DNA from: a virus
Strand: one strand, 5' to 3'
Length of the DNA: 64,000 bases
IMG/VR virus record: IMGVR_UViG_3300021185_001730
Coordinates: 5,531-69,530 of that record
Under the pieces are notes generated by a model. The model searched no databases. It saw nothing but the letters and a program-made list of their open reading frames with translations, and was not told where the DNA came from. Shown one piece after another: positions 42,101-49,316 of the stretch. The translations under genes were made by a program, and so were the position numbers. Within the stretch, counting starts at the first letter, position 1; every line of letters starts with the position of its first letter.

Positions 42101-44931
42101 TAGAGTTTGATGAGGATGGTAACTTTACAGGGTTGTATACACAAAGAATAGGGCAACAATACTATTCACAGAAGACTGCTTTAAGAGATCAGTTATATGA
42201 TATTAATGGCAAGCCAATTAAATATAGACCTGTATATTCTTTAGTTAATGCTAAACAAAAAGATCTAGACTGGAACAAACAAGTCTATCTTAAAAGAAAA
42301 GCATTTGGAGATTTTATGAATGCAGAAATTTATGAAGATGGACAACTCCGTTCTGGCAAGTATCATAAGTATACAGATGATTTTATTAAGATAAGAGCAA
42401 AGTTTGAGTACTTTCAACCTTGGTCTAATGGTGAAGGAGGCAACTGGGTAAAAAAATCAGGTGTTTCTAAACTAGCCTATGAATCATTTAGAAGAAAATA
42501 TTATCAAGAACAACCATATACAAAAATGTATAAGGATGATCAAAAAGATCCTACAGGAGTTGTATTAGAAAATCAATCATATCCTTCTGTAAGACCAGAG
42601 TATGTAGAAACAAAAGATTCATATATAGATGCTAAAGGTAATGAGGTTTCTTTACTCAATAAAAAGTATGAGGCCATAATGAATCCTACTGATGCATTAG
42701 GACAAGCCAGAAAAAACTTCTATGAAATATTTATAAATGATTATGAGTCTATGCTGGATTCCTTACCTAAATCAGTGAGGAATAAGATGTTAGGTAAAGT
42801 GCCAATTATAAGAAATAACTTAGTTAGAGATCTTACAGAAAGACCACCAATATTTACAAAACTTTTCCCTAGAATGGTAAGAAGTGTTAGACAGTTTTTT
42901 ACAACAACGTCAACACAAAGAATTGTTCAAGTAGATAATGATGGAAATCTGATAGATACTTTGCCTATCTATTATACTGGCTCAGCAGGGGTTGATGGTG
43001 CATTGGAGCAGGTACAGAATGAGATGGATGTGCTTAGACAAGAAAGAAAAGAAGGTAAAATTACTTTAAATGTATATGAAAAGAAAAGAGCACTGCTAGA
43101 GGCACAGTTTGCATCATTGAGAAACAAGCCTACAAAAGGTCAGCTTGAAAAAGATATGGTCAAAAGTATGATTAAGTTTAGTACAATGGCTGAGAACTTT
43201 GAAGCAATGAGTGAAATAGAAGATTCACTTCAGGCTATAATTAAGGTTATAGAGATGAGACAGTATCAAGCACCGGGAGCAGTTACCTATGTTGGTAAAA
43301 TGATTGATAAGGCAAAAGGTTCTATAACAAAAGAGGTTGGTAAGAAAAACTATGATGGTTTACAAAGTAATGCAGCTAGAAGGGCTCATCATTATATGAA
43401 GATGACGTTTTATGATAATGATCAGATTACTCAAGGTGCTATAGAAAAAACTACAAACTTACTAGTAAATGCATCTTCATTAGCATATGTAGCTTTTAAC
43501 GTGTTTGGTAACTTTAATAACCTTACTATTGGTCAGTTGAATAATGCAATTGAAGCAATGGGTGGTTTATACTTTACGGGACAAGGATATAAGAGAGCAC
43601 AACAAGACTTTGCTTATACAGCAGTACAAGGAATAATTCAAAGAACTCCTGATGCTATAGGAGACTTTGCAGACTTTACTGGTAGAGTTGCAACTTTAAA
43701 TAAAGTTAAGCTAAAGAAAGGTAATTATGATATTAAGAAGCCATTGTCATTATATGAGTGGTTATCAGATCATTATTACATGATGGATAATGATGCAGAT
43801 ATTAGAGAAACATTTAGTGGTAGAGAAGATAGTGGCACTCTATGGGAAAGATTTACAAGCTTTGGTTATTCATTTAACCAAGGTGCTGAGTACTATGCAC
43901 AGAGTACAGTAGGTCATGCCATACTATATAGTACCTTTTTAACAGATGGTAATGAGACGTTGAGTATACGTGAAGCATGGGATTGGGATGCTGAAACTCA
44001 AACAGCAACTTTAAAAGAAGGTTTTGATACAGTTATAGATAAAAGATCTGGATTTACACAGCCTTACAATGATACTTACAGAGCAAGATTAAGAAACAGA
44101 ATACGTGAAGTTAATAAGCAAATTCACGGTAACTATGCAAGAGAAGATAGAATGGTAATTCAAAATAACTTCTTAGGTATACTTATAGCACAGTTTCATA
44201 AGTGGGTTATGCCTGCATTTAGAGCAAGGTTCCAACAACAATACTATGATCAGAATTTAGGTTGGATTGAAGGTAGATACAAGTCTCTGTATAAGTTTAT
44301 AAAATATATGGGTGGTGTGACTTACTATGGCAATAGAGTAATGCAAGAGCAAGGCATGGGATCATACGGAGCAAACCTAGGTGCAGGCTTTAAGGAAGCA
44401 TATGGTTATACAGAAAACTTAAGCGGTGAAGAATTCTATGATGCAAATAAAGGAACCATGCTACTTAAAAATGTATACAGAACATTAGGTGAAGCATTTT
44501 TAATAATGAACTTATTTATTTTAACATCAATATTAAAAGGTGCAGATGATGATGATGAAGGATTAGAAAGAAAACTTAAAAACTTTATAGCTTATACTGC
44601 AGATAGATCTAAGCAAGAAATGGTAATGTTTGTTCCACTACCAGGACTTGGTGGATTTCAACAATTATATCAAATGGCCAAAACACCTATTGCATCTACA
44701 AGAACCTTGGGTGAACTTGGTGAAGCAATGGAGTTAAGTGTACAGACTCCTGTTAAGTGGTTAATTTTATCTGACGAAGAGTTCATGCAGGATAGCAGTA
44801 TTGTTTATCAAAACAAACCAAGAAAGGGTGAATTAAAATTAGCAAAGAACTGGTATGATGTTTTACCTCTACTTTATTCAATACAAAAATTCTTTTCCTT
44901 TGAAAAAAATAATGACTTTTATATTAAATAA
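39166..44931 (+). CDS. Large ejected virion protein with degenerate zincin and PD-(D/E)xK-like segments
   Basis: 'IEEVLHPF...ELITQAL'; 'TAGVADVVILNRVGHFKI'; C-terminal 'NKQIHGNY...AQFHKWV...EGRY' typical of crAss-like large ejection proteins. Confidence 0.6.
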   Translation: MSRCHNKNTAEYQSLKQEYGTDAATGNIIDQYQAFTKTDTVPTVAEAIEFITNKQTLYNLKQLDFGQSLLNNLRRLSIIHSFQGKYFINNTDRDTLQPSNELVEANRKRLEKYLDINNIPAESVLISKTPKTYTVSIDSTMFSPIDMLESSRAWDKPRTRHVVMHLMKLIPGLNVSMKSVSEAKALYEKIPQWRKSKVPFDQINSFYVENNVILIKGRVTDEIAIEEVLHPFVEAVRVSNIKLFEGLLSEAGKAFPVMKQQIDDAYNSKRNVSAVDREMELITQALSRHYNNEYEETPPQSFMDKIRELLEWLSAIIKNLNEVITGRTINIDNISERASLSDIAKLLNTTGIVFNIDTSQTNGKVKYNLSPRKQKVVDGVKGKSNELQKRIIDRLTHKVNASKQEADSLSVSAGPEVAIQNSDPLVILNKKDGKFYNLTNRKQVKSVSDVVGRKKDSQKTIEVKQDISLMLDAIAIDESFESIQDKFVGLTPEFAQKAFNNLVEELHTTMNSTDRMLTNVVFYDQLTDTAGVADVVILNRVGHFKILKLQINEANVMTKNPKSWIKGVLKQDIEKSSYYQDKIDLEEGNLLKDDKLTLSVQDQVEVGLVRRMAQNQGYDIVYGDNAVQSLILSYKGKALQFHGHISHPQFQNDNHVDSVIPYAAYTVSDDEVKKLSKDLEEGLYDIDRKDSEIETLAEQVDPSLYPAESTISVALDNYYEALVDEARVREMTEANIFSDRSKADHKETIANTLAYINVAKAEGPVAQSVAYTKILRDSLSEMKKFSAYVVDPKSVAEDPNYIRYVMNFNKFLTTFDGLYLIENNTDINATQRSLIGQINIELVKLLGAPTIKGNGQGEGIVNKAILNYVHDLTLQLSQDGMSQDKNNILQSHSGKTFTVDDIEDILKMVPDVDGAELYSKDLATSADFLLSSMDKLFKIKRIEFLDKVKLREKKLREGGAALLSLDTETDLQKLYDFMLEFDEDGNFTGLYTQRIGQQYYSQKTALRDQLYDINGKPIKYRPVYSLVNAKQKDLDWNKQVYLKRKAFGDFMNAEIYEDGQLRSGKYHKYTDDFIKIRAKFEYFQPWSNGEGGNWVKKSGVSKLAYESFRRKYYQEQPYTKMYKDDQKDPTGVVLENQSYPSVRPEYVETKDSYIDAKGNEVSLLNKKYEAIMNPTDALGQARKNFYEIFINDYESMLDSLPKSVRNKMLGKVPIIRNNLVRDLTERPPIFTKLFPRMVRSVRQFFTTTSTQRIVQVDNDGNLIDTLPIYYTGSAGVDGALEQVQNEMDVLRQERKEGKITLNVYEKKRALLEAQFASLRNKPTKGQLEKDMVKSMIKFSTMAENFEAMSEIEDSLQAIIKVIEMRQYQAPGAVTYVGKMIDKAKGSITKEVGKKNYDGLQSNAARRAHHYMKMTFYDNDQITQGAIEKTTNLLVNASSLAYVAFNVFGNFNNLTIGQLNNAIEAMGGLYFTGQGYKRAQQDFAYTAVQGIIQRTPDAIGDFADFTGRVATLNKVKLKKGNYDIKKPLSLYEWLSDHYYMMDNDADIRETFSGREDSGTLWERFTSFGYSFNQGAEYYAQSTVGHAILYSTFLTDGNETLSIREAWDWDAETQTATLKEGFDTVIDKRSGFTQPYNDTYRARLRNRIREVNKQIHGNYAREDRMVIQNNFLGILIAQFHKWVMPAFRARFQQQYYDQNLGWIEGRYKSLYKFIKYMGGVTYYGNRVMQEQGMGSYGANLGAGFKEAYGYTENLSGEEFYDANKGTMLLKNVYRTLGEAFLIMNLFILTSILKGADDDDEGLERKLKNFIAYTADRSKQEMVMFVPLPGLGGFQQLYQMAKTPIASTRTLGELGEAMELSVQTPVKWLILSDEEFMQDSSIVYQNKPRKGELKLAKNWYDVLPLLYSIQKFFSFEKNNDFYIK

Positions 44932-44970
44932 TAAAATTAACAGGTTTAAATCTAGAAGATGCCACATATA

Positions 44971-44989
44971 TTGTTTATATTATAGTATA
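44971..44989 (+). promoter_or_regulatory. Variant late promoter motif TTGTTTATATTA-N3-TATA upstream of holin
   Basis: Shares the TATATTA...TATA core with the other copies; intergenic. Confidence 0.4.
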
Positions 44990-45023
44990 AACCTTTAGGA
45001 TTAAAGCATAATAAGACTAATCA

Positions 45024-45437
45024 ATGACAACTAAATTATCTATAGTGAGTATAACAGCATTCTGTACGTACCTGTGTACGTACTTTTTTGATTTATCAAT
45101 GGCAAACATGGAACAATACTTAGCTGTTTGTTCAGTATTATGGCTAGACGGAATATTTGGAGTATGGGCTGGCTGTAAAAGAGAAGGGTTTAAAACTTAT
45201 AAAGCATTAAGAATTACTAGAAACACCTTTGTGTGGATAGCTATTCTGACTGTCATCCTTATGGTAGAGAGAGGTTTTGCAGGAACAGGTTGGCTATCCG
45301 AGGTGGTTGTAGTACCTTTCATGATACTACAACTTATAAGTGCTTTGAAGAATGCTTCTATGGCAGGCCTAATAAAGACAGCAGAGCTTAATAAAATTTT
45401 AGATAGAATTGACAATCACAAAGGACTTAGAAAATAG
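45024..45437 (+). CDS. Putative holin (phage holin family 4-like)
   Basis: 137 aa with 3-4 hydrophobic segments, 'LDGIFGVWAG' and 'LISALKNASMAG', charged C-terminus. Confidence 0.65.
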   Translation: MTTKLSIVSITAFCTYLCTYFFDLSMANMEQYLAVCSVLWLDGIFGVWAGCKREGFKTYKALRITRNTFVWIAILTVILMVERGFAGTGWLSEVVVVPFMILQLISALKNASMAGLIKTAELNKILDRIDNHKGLRK

Positions 45438-45621
45438 AGTCCTTTTTTAATGAGTCAATATATTTAGCTCTATCATATGCATCTTGTATTGAGTCTTGCT
45501 TAGTATAGATAATAGTTTTACCTTCATCAACATACCAGTCTAATACATCCGGATCCTTATCAGGATTATACTGTGGCTTGCAACCTAGGCAAACCAACAG
45601 TAATAATACACTAACCTTCAC
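45427..45621 (-). CDS. Small lipoprotein
   Basis: MK, hydrophobic stretch, lipobox 'CLGC' and then KPQ; start overlaps the end of nrdA. Confidence 0.55.
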   Translation of the reverse strand: MKVSVLLLLVCLGCKPQYNPDKDPDVLDWYVDEGKTIIYTKQDSIQDAYDRAKYIDSLKKDSIF

Positions 45622-47236
45622 AACTACTACATTCTAAAATGTTTCTTGCAAAGTCTTGTGCACTACTCTTACTAAACTGATAGTATAAAGTTTTTACACC
45701 TTCTTCCCAGGCATACATATATAACTTATTTATATCTTTAGCTGAGACAGATGGATCTATCATTAAGTTTAATGACTGTGATTGATCAATATACTTTTGT
45801 CTTTGTGCTGCCTGCAACACAATCTCTTTTGGAGATATCTCTACAAATGATTTAAATACTTCTTTAGTAGGAAAGTCTAAGTGTTGAACACTACCATCTT
45901 TCTTTAGTATAGACTTCCAAGTCTTGTCTGTATTTAGACCATACTTCTCAAGCTCCTCTTCTAAAAACGGGTTCTTATAGATAGTCTTAGACTTAGCAAG
46001 ATCTTTAATAAAGTAATTAGACTTGATAGGCTCTATACCCATAGATACAGCACCATGTATAAAAGAACTAGACTTAGTAGGAGCAATAGCCATAAGAGTA
46101 GTGTTAGCATATCCTTCTCTTAGAGATGTGTATCCGTAGTCATTATGCAACTCTCTAGAAGCAATCTCACTTCTGTCTTTTAGTGTTCTAAAGATTTCAC
46201 TATTTAATCCTTTAGCTTGTAGTGAGTCAAACTCAAGAAGCTTAGATTGAAACAATGAGTGATACCCTAACACACCAAGACCAATTGCTCTATGTTTTTC
46301 AGCAAAGTTAAATGCTCTCTTCATGCCTGGCATAGTCTCAGATTTAATAATGAATTCATCCATTACTGCATTTAAGAAATACACATATGTTTCAATTGCA
46401 TCAGTTTCTTTTATCTGATCCCAGTGTAATAAGTTAATAGACCCAAGGCAGCATACAAAAGAGTTATAACTATCTGTAGGAAGTTGAATCTCTGAACATA
46501 AGTTTGATGCTGTGATCTCCATTCCAAGTTCTTTGTAAGGAGAGTTATTATTAGAGTTGTCTTTAAACATAATATAAGGAAAGCCAAACTCACTTCTGTT
46601 CTGAATAATTTTTGCCCACACCTTACGCTTACTTTTATCTCCTTCTTTCATTTCATTCATCCACTGATCTGTAACTGTAACTCCATACTGTAAGTTTTGT
46701 ATAGGGTTACCTTCTGTTCCTATGTCTAAGAACTCTGAGATGTCTGGATGTTCAACTGGTAGGTATACTGCACAAGCACCACGTCTTGCCTCAGATTGCT
46801 TGCATACATCTACTACTGTATCATAAATCTTAGCATAATGAACTGGCCCATCAGCAAAACCACCTGTAGATATTTCTGTTCCTCTTGCTCTAATGTTTCC
46901 AATAAAAGCACTTGTACCTCCCCCATATTTACTCATCATTCCAATTTCACGCCCTGCATTTAATATGCTATCTAAGTTGTCATCAACATTAGATCCGTAA
47001 CAGCTTATAGGCAAACCTTTTTGTTTACCAAAGTTAATCCATACAGGAGTAGACAGAGAGTAAAACCCTCTTGCCATGTAGTCCTCAAACTTTTCTGCAA
47101 AGCCTTTTATATTCAAATACTTTTCTGCTTTTATAGCAATGTCTTTGATTCTTTGTTCAGGGCTTTCTGATATATATCCTCTTGATAAAAATGTGCGGCT
47201 ATCTTCATTTAGCCAGTAGTATTTATTATATTCCAT
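45611..47236 (-). CDS. nrdA: Ribonucleotide reductase alpha subunit, no ATP cone (class Id-like)
   Basis: PISCY, SNLCSEI, CCLGS, APT, DQSQS, TLYY and C-terminal CSSC motifs. Start taken at MEYNK (47236), just after the nrdB stop; the ORF extends to 47266. Confidence 0.95.
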   Translation of the reverse strand: MEYNKYYWLNEDSRTFLSRGYISESPEQRIKDIAIKAEKYLNIKGFAEKFEDYMARGFYSLSTPVWINFGKQKGLPISCYGSNVDDNLDSILNAGREIGMMSKYGGGTSAFIGNIRARGTEISTGGFADGPVHYAKIYDTVVDVCKQSEARRGACAVYLPVEHPDISEFLDIGTEGNPIQNLQYGVTVTDQWMNEMKEGDKSKRKVWAKIIQNRSEFGFPYIMFKDNSNNNSPYKELGMEITASNLCSEIQLPTDSYNSFVCCLGSINLLHWDQIKETDAIETYVYFLNAVMDEFIIKSETMPGMKRAFNFAEKHRAIGLGVLGYHSLFQSKLLEFDSLQAKGLNSEIFRTLKDRSEIASRELHNDYGYTSLREGYANTTLMAIAPTKSSSFIHGAVSMGIEPIKSNYFIKDLAKSKTIYKNPFLEEELEKYGLNTDKTWKSILKKDGSVQHLDFPTKEVFKSFVEISPKEIVLQAAQRQKYIDQSQSLNLMIDPSVSAKDINKLYMYAWEEGVKTLYYQFSKSSAQDFARNILECSSCEG

Positions 47237-47249
47237 TATTGTTGGTTTA

Positions 47250-48230
47250 TTAGAATAAGTCATCAACTGTGATGCTCTTACTTTTTTTATTATAGTCTAC
47301 ACTCTTTTTGTAAAAGAAGTCTCCTTCTTTGGTTCCAGTTATCTCTATGTCAAACCATTCTACTGATTTTAATATTTCTCTATCTACTTCAAAGATTGGT
47401 TTCATACCTATCTTTTCTAGAGAGTTATTAAATCTGTTTTTTATAAAGTGGTAGATAGTTTGCTTTGGTAGGAAATCTAATTCCCCTTGCTCAAAGATCC
47501 AATCTAGTATACCACATTCTGCTCTATATGCTTTTCTACATGCAGAATAAATAAGCTCCTCAAACTCTGCATCAAACCACTCAGGGTTTTCTTTTTTAAT
47601 AATATTGATAATCTCAGCACCAAAGTTTCCGTGTATTTCTTCTTCTTTGCTAGTGGCCTCAACAACATTAGATATACCTTTAAGTACATTTTTTTCTTTA
47701 TTGAAACTCATCATAATTAAGAACTGACTAAATAGACTTACATGCTCTATAAATAAAGAGAACAGCAATACAGACTTAGTATACATTTTATTATCTCTAG
47801 AACGTGTACCATCTAAGTACTTTTTTAAATACTTAAGTCTACCTTCTATTGCAGGTACTTCAACTACTGATTGAAATTCTTTCTCTAATCCTAGTATTCT
47901 AAGTAGCCTAGCATAAGCATCTTTGTGTCTTACTTCTGACTCAGCAAAAGTAAAGCCTACATCACCTACTTCTGTGATTGGCATTCTCTTATAAAGATCT
48001 CCCCAAAAGGTTTTAACATTAACTTCTATTTGTGCAATAGCAAGCATTGTTTTTTTAATTACATCTTTTTCTTCTTTAGATATAGTTACCTTAAAGTCTT
48101 GTATGTCTTCTGTAAAATTAAATTCTGTATCTATCCAGTAAGAATGTCTTATAGCATCTTTATATGCTAATAGTTGGGGATACTCATAAGGCAATATATT
48201 TGTTCTAGGTTTAAAGATGTCTTTGTTCAT
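47250..48230 (-). CDS. nrdB: Ribonucleotide reductase beta subunit (class Id-like)
   Basis: YEYP, AIRHSYW, QIEVNVKTFW, ESEVRHKDAY, IEHVSLFSQF, EEEIH, DFF...Y tail. Confidence 0.95.
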   Translation of the reverse strand: MNKDIFKPRTNILPYEYPQLLAYKDAIRHSYWIDTEFNFTEDIQDFKVTISKEEKDVIKKTMLAIAQIEVNVKTFWGDLYKRMPITEVGDVGFTFAESEVRHKDAYARLLRILGLEKEFQSVVEVPAIEGRLKYLKKYLDGTRSRDNKMYTKSVLLFSLFIEHVSLFSQFLIMMSFNKEKNVLKGISNVVEATSKEEEIHGNFGAEIINIIKKENPEWFDAEFEELIYSACRKAYRAECGILDWIFEQGELDFLPKQTIYHFIKNRFNNSLEKIGMKPIFEVDREILKSVEWFDIEITGTKEGDFFYKKSVDYNKKSKSITVDDLF

Positions 48231-48250
48231 AAGGTTATTTATTAAGGATT

Positions 48251-48280
48251 AAAAAGCCACACCCTGAAAAGAGTGCAGCT
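48251..48280 (-). terminator. Terminator/attenuator hairpin 20 nt upstream of nrdB
   Basis: On the minus strand, AGCTGCACTC-TTTTCA-GGGTGTGGCT (10 bp, including G-U pairs) followed by TTTT. Confidence 0.6.
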
Positions 48281-48321
48281 AGGTAAGTATAATTTAGTCA
48301 AAATTTTTTAGACAATAAAAT

Positions 48322-48510
48322 TTATGACTTCATATTTGCATAAGTGAATGTAAAAAATATAAGACCTATCTCAATACCATTTACCCAACGGTATTCATTG
48401 TCTTCACACAGTACTTCACAATTAATAGTTTTTAAACCAAGGAGTGTCTCAGTAGGTAAAAACTCAATGCTGAATTTATTTTTAAAAATTATTGGATCTA
48501 CTTTATTCAT
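48322..48510 (-). CDS. Small hypothetical protein (beta-rich, hydrophobic C-terminal strand)
   Basis: 62 aa, A-rich leader, downstream of the minus-strand TATATTTG motif. Confidence 0.55.
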   Translation of the reverse strand: MNKVDPIIFKNKFSIEFLPTETLLGLKTINCEVLCEDNEYRWVNGIEIGLIFFTFTYANMKS

Positions 48511-48552
48511 ATGTTTGTTATTAAAAGATTTATAGATTTTTTTAAGAGAAAT

Positions 48553-48571
48553 TTTGTATATTATCTATATA
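48553..48571 (+). promoter_or_regulatory. Putative late promoter TTTGTATATTA-N4-TATA (copy facing the minus-strand promoter)
   Basis: Exact motif copy. Confidence 0.45.
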
Positions 48572-48591
48572 CATTTCTGACCAACTATTTA

Positions 48592-48599
48592 CAAATATA
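48592..48599 (-). promoter_or_regulatory. Bacteroidetes -7 element TATATTTG for the nrd operon direction
   Basis: The minus strand reads ATAGTATATTTGTAA; no canonical -33 TTTG at 19-21 nt. Confidence 0.45.
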
Positions 48600-48627
48600 C
48601 TATTATATTTGATTAGGTTCTTTAAAA

Positions 48628-48646
48628 TTTGTATATTATTAGTATA
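48628..48646 (+). promoter_or_regulatory. Putative late promoter TTTGTATATTA-N4-TATA
   Basis: Exact motif copy 16 nt upstream of the ATG at 48663. Confidence 0.55.
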
Positions 48647-48662
48647 GTAATGTAAATTAAAA

Positions 48663-48830
48663 ATGATGATCAAGAAAATTTTACACGTAGTATGGACATT
48701 TAGCCTACAGGACTATTGGAAATGGGCCTGGTCTAAGACAGAAGTTGACGAAAAAGTTATTGCTGGTGCTAAAGAAACTAAGAAAAGAACTAAAGCTGCA
48801 GTAAAAGCACTTAAAGGTAAAAAGAAGTAA
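48663..48830 (+). CDS. 55-aa basic microprotein (not in ORF track)
   Basis: MMIKKILHVVWTFSLQDYWKWAWSKTEVDEKVIAGAKETKKRTKAAVKALKGKKK*; TAATG coupling to the next ORF. Confidence 0.65.
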   Translation: MMIKKILHVVWTFSLQDYWKWAWSKTEVDEKVIAGAKETKKRTKAAVKALKGKKK

Positions 48831-48931
48831 TGAGACAAGTATGTTTATTAATACAATGGTTATCAGGTGGTAGATTATGTTTAGGGCATTGCCGTGATGG
48901 ACTATGTAAAAAAACTAAAAGCAATATATAA
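48830..48931 (+). CDS. 33-aa Cys/His microprotein (not in ORF track)
   Basis: MRQVCLLIQWLSGGRLCLGHCRDGLCKKTKSNI*; TAATG overlaps at both ends. Confidence 0.55.
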   Translation: MRQVCLLIQWLSGGRLCLGHCRDGLCKKTKSNI

Positions 48932-49080
48932 TGAACGATTGGCAATTAGAAATAGCTTTTCACTGGCCACATAATAGACTAGCCTTGGGCTGGGATTACA
49001 TTGCACCAGATGAGACAGCTGATTATACTACAGTTAAACTTTACTTGCTCATAGCAACATTAACATTTGATGTATCATGA
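48931..49080 (+). CDS. 49-aa microprotein (not in ORF track)
   Basis: MNDWQLEIAFHWPHNRLALGWDYIAPDETADYTTVKLYLLIATLTFDVS*; ATGA overlap with the ORF at 49077. Confidence 0.65.
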   Translation: MNDWQLEIAFHWPHNRLALGWDYIAPDETADYTTVKLYLLIATLTFDVS

Positions 49081-49313
49081 AGAAAAATAAAAAAGGTGGA
49101 GGCCTAAAAGCTCAAAAAATGACAAGACAAAAAGCCAAACTACTTTGTAAAATGGCTGAGGGTGGTGAAGCAGCAATGGATAATATTATGATGAGCTCTA
49201 TGGAGCAAAAGATGACTAAAGGTGGAGATGCTAAAAGAGTTGCATCTTCTGCTGATGGCACATCAAAAATGCAGTCATATAAATTAGGTGGTTGGACCCA
49301 CTCAGGAAAATAA
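49077..49313 (+). CDS. Small basic protein with three xxGG motifs
   Basis: KMAEGG, KMTKGG, SYKLGG; coupled to neighbouring ORFs. Confidence 0.65.
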   Translation: MKKNKKGGGLKAQKMTRQKAKLLCKMAEGGEAAMDNIMMSSMEQKMTKGGDAKRVASSADGTSKMQSYKLGGWTHSGK

Positions 49314-49316
49314 GAT

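Noticed and set aside
48344-48535. Plus-strand 63-aa ORF, and similarly 60193..60387 and 60975..61184
   Set aside because: Antisense to better-supported minus-strand genes, with no recognisable features.
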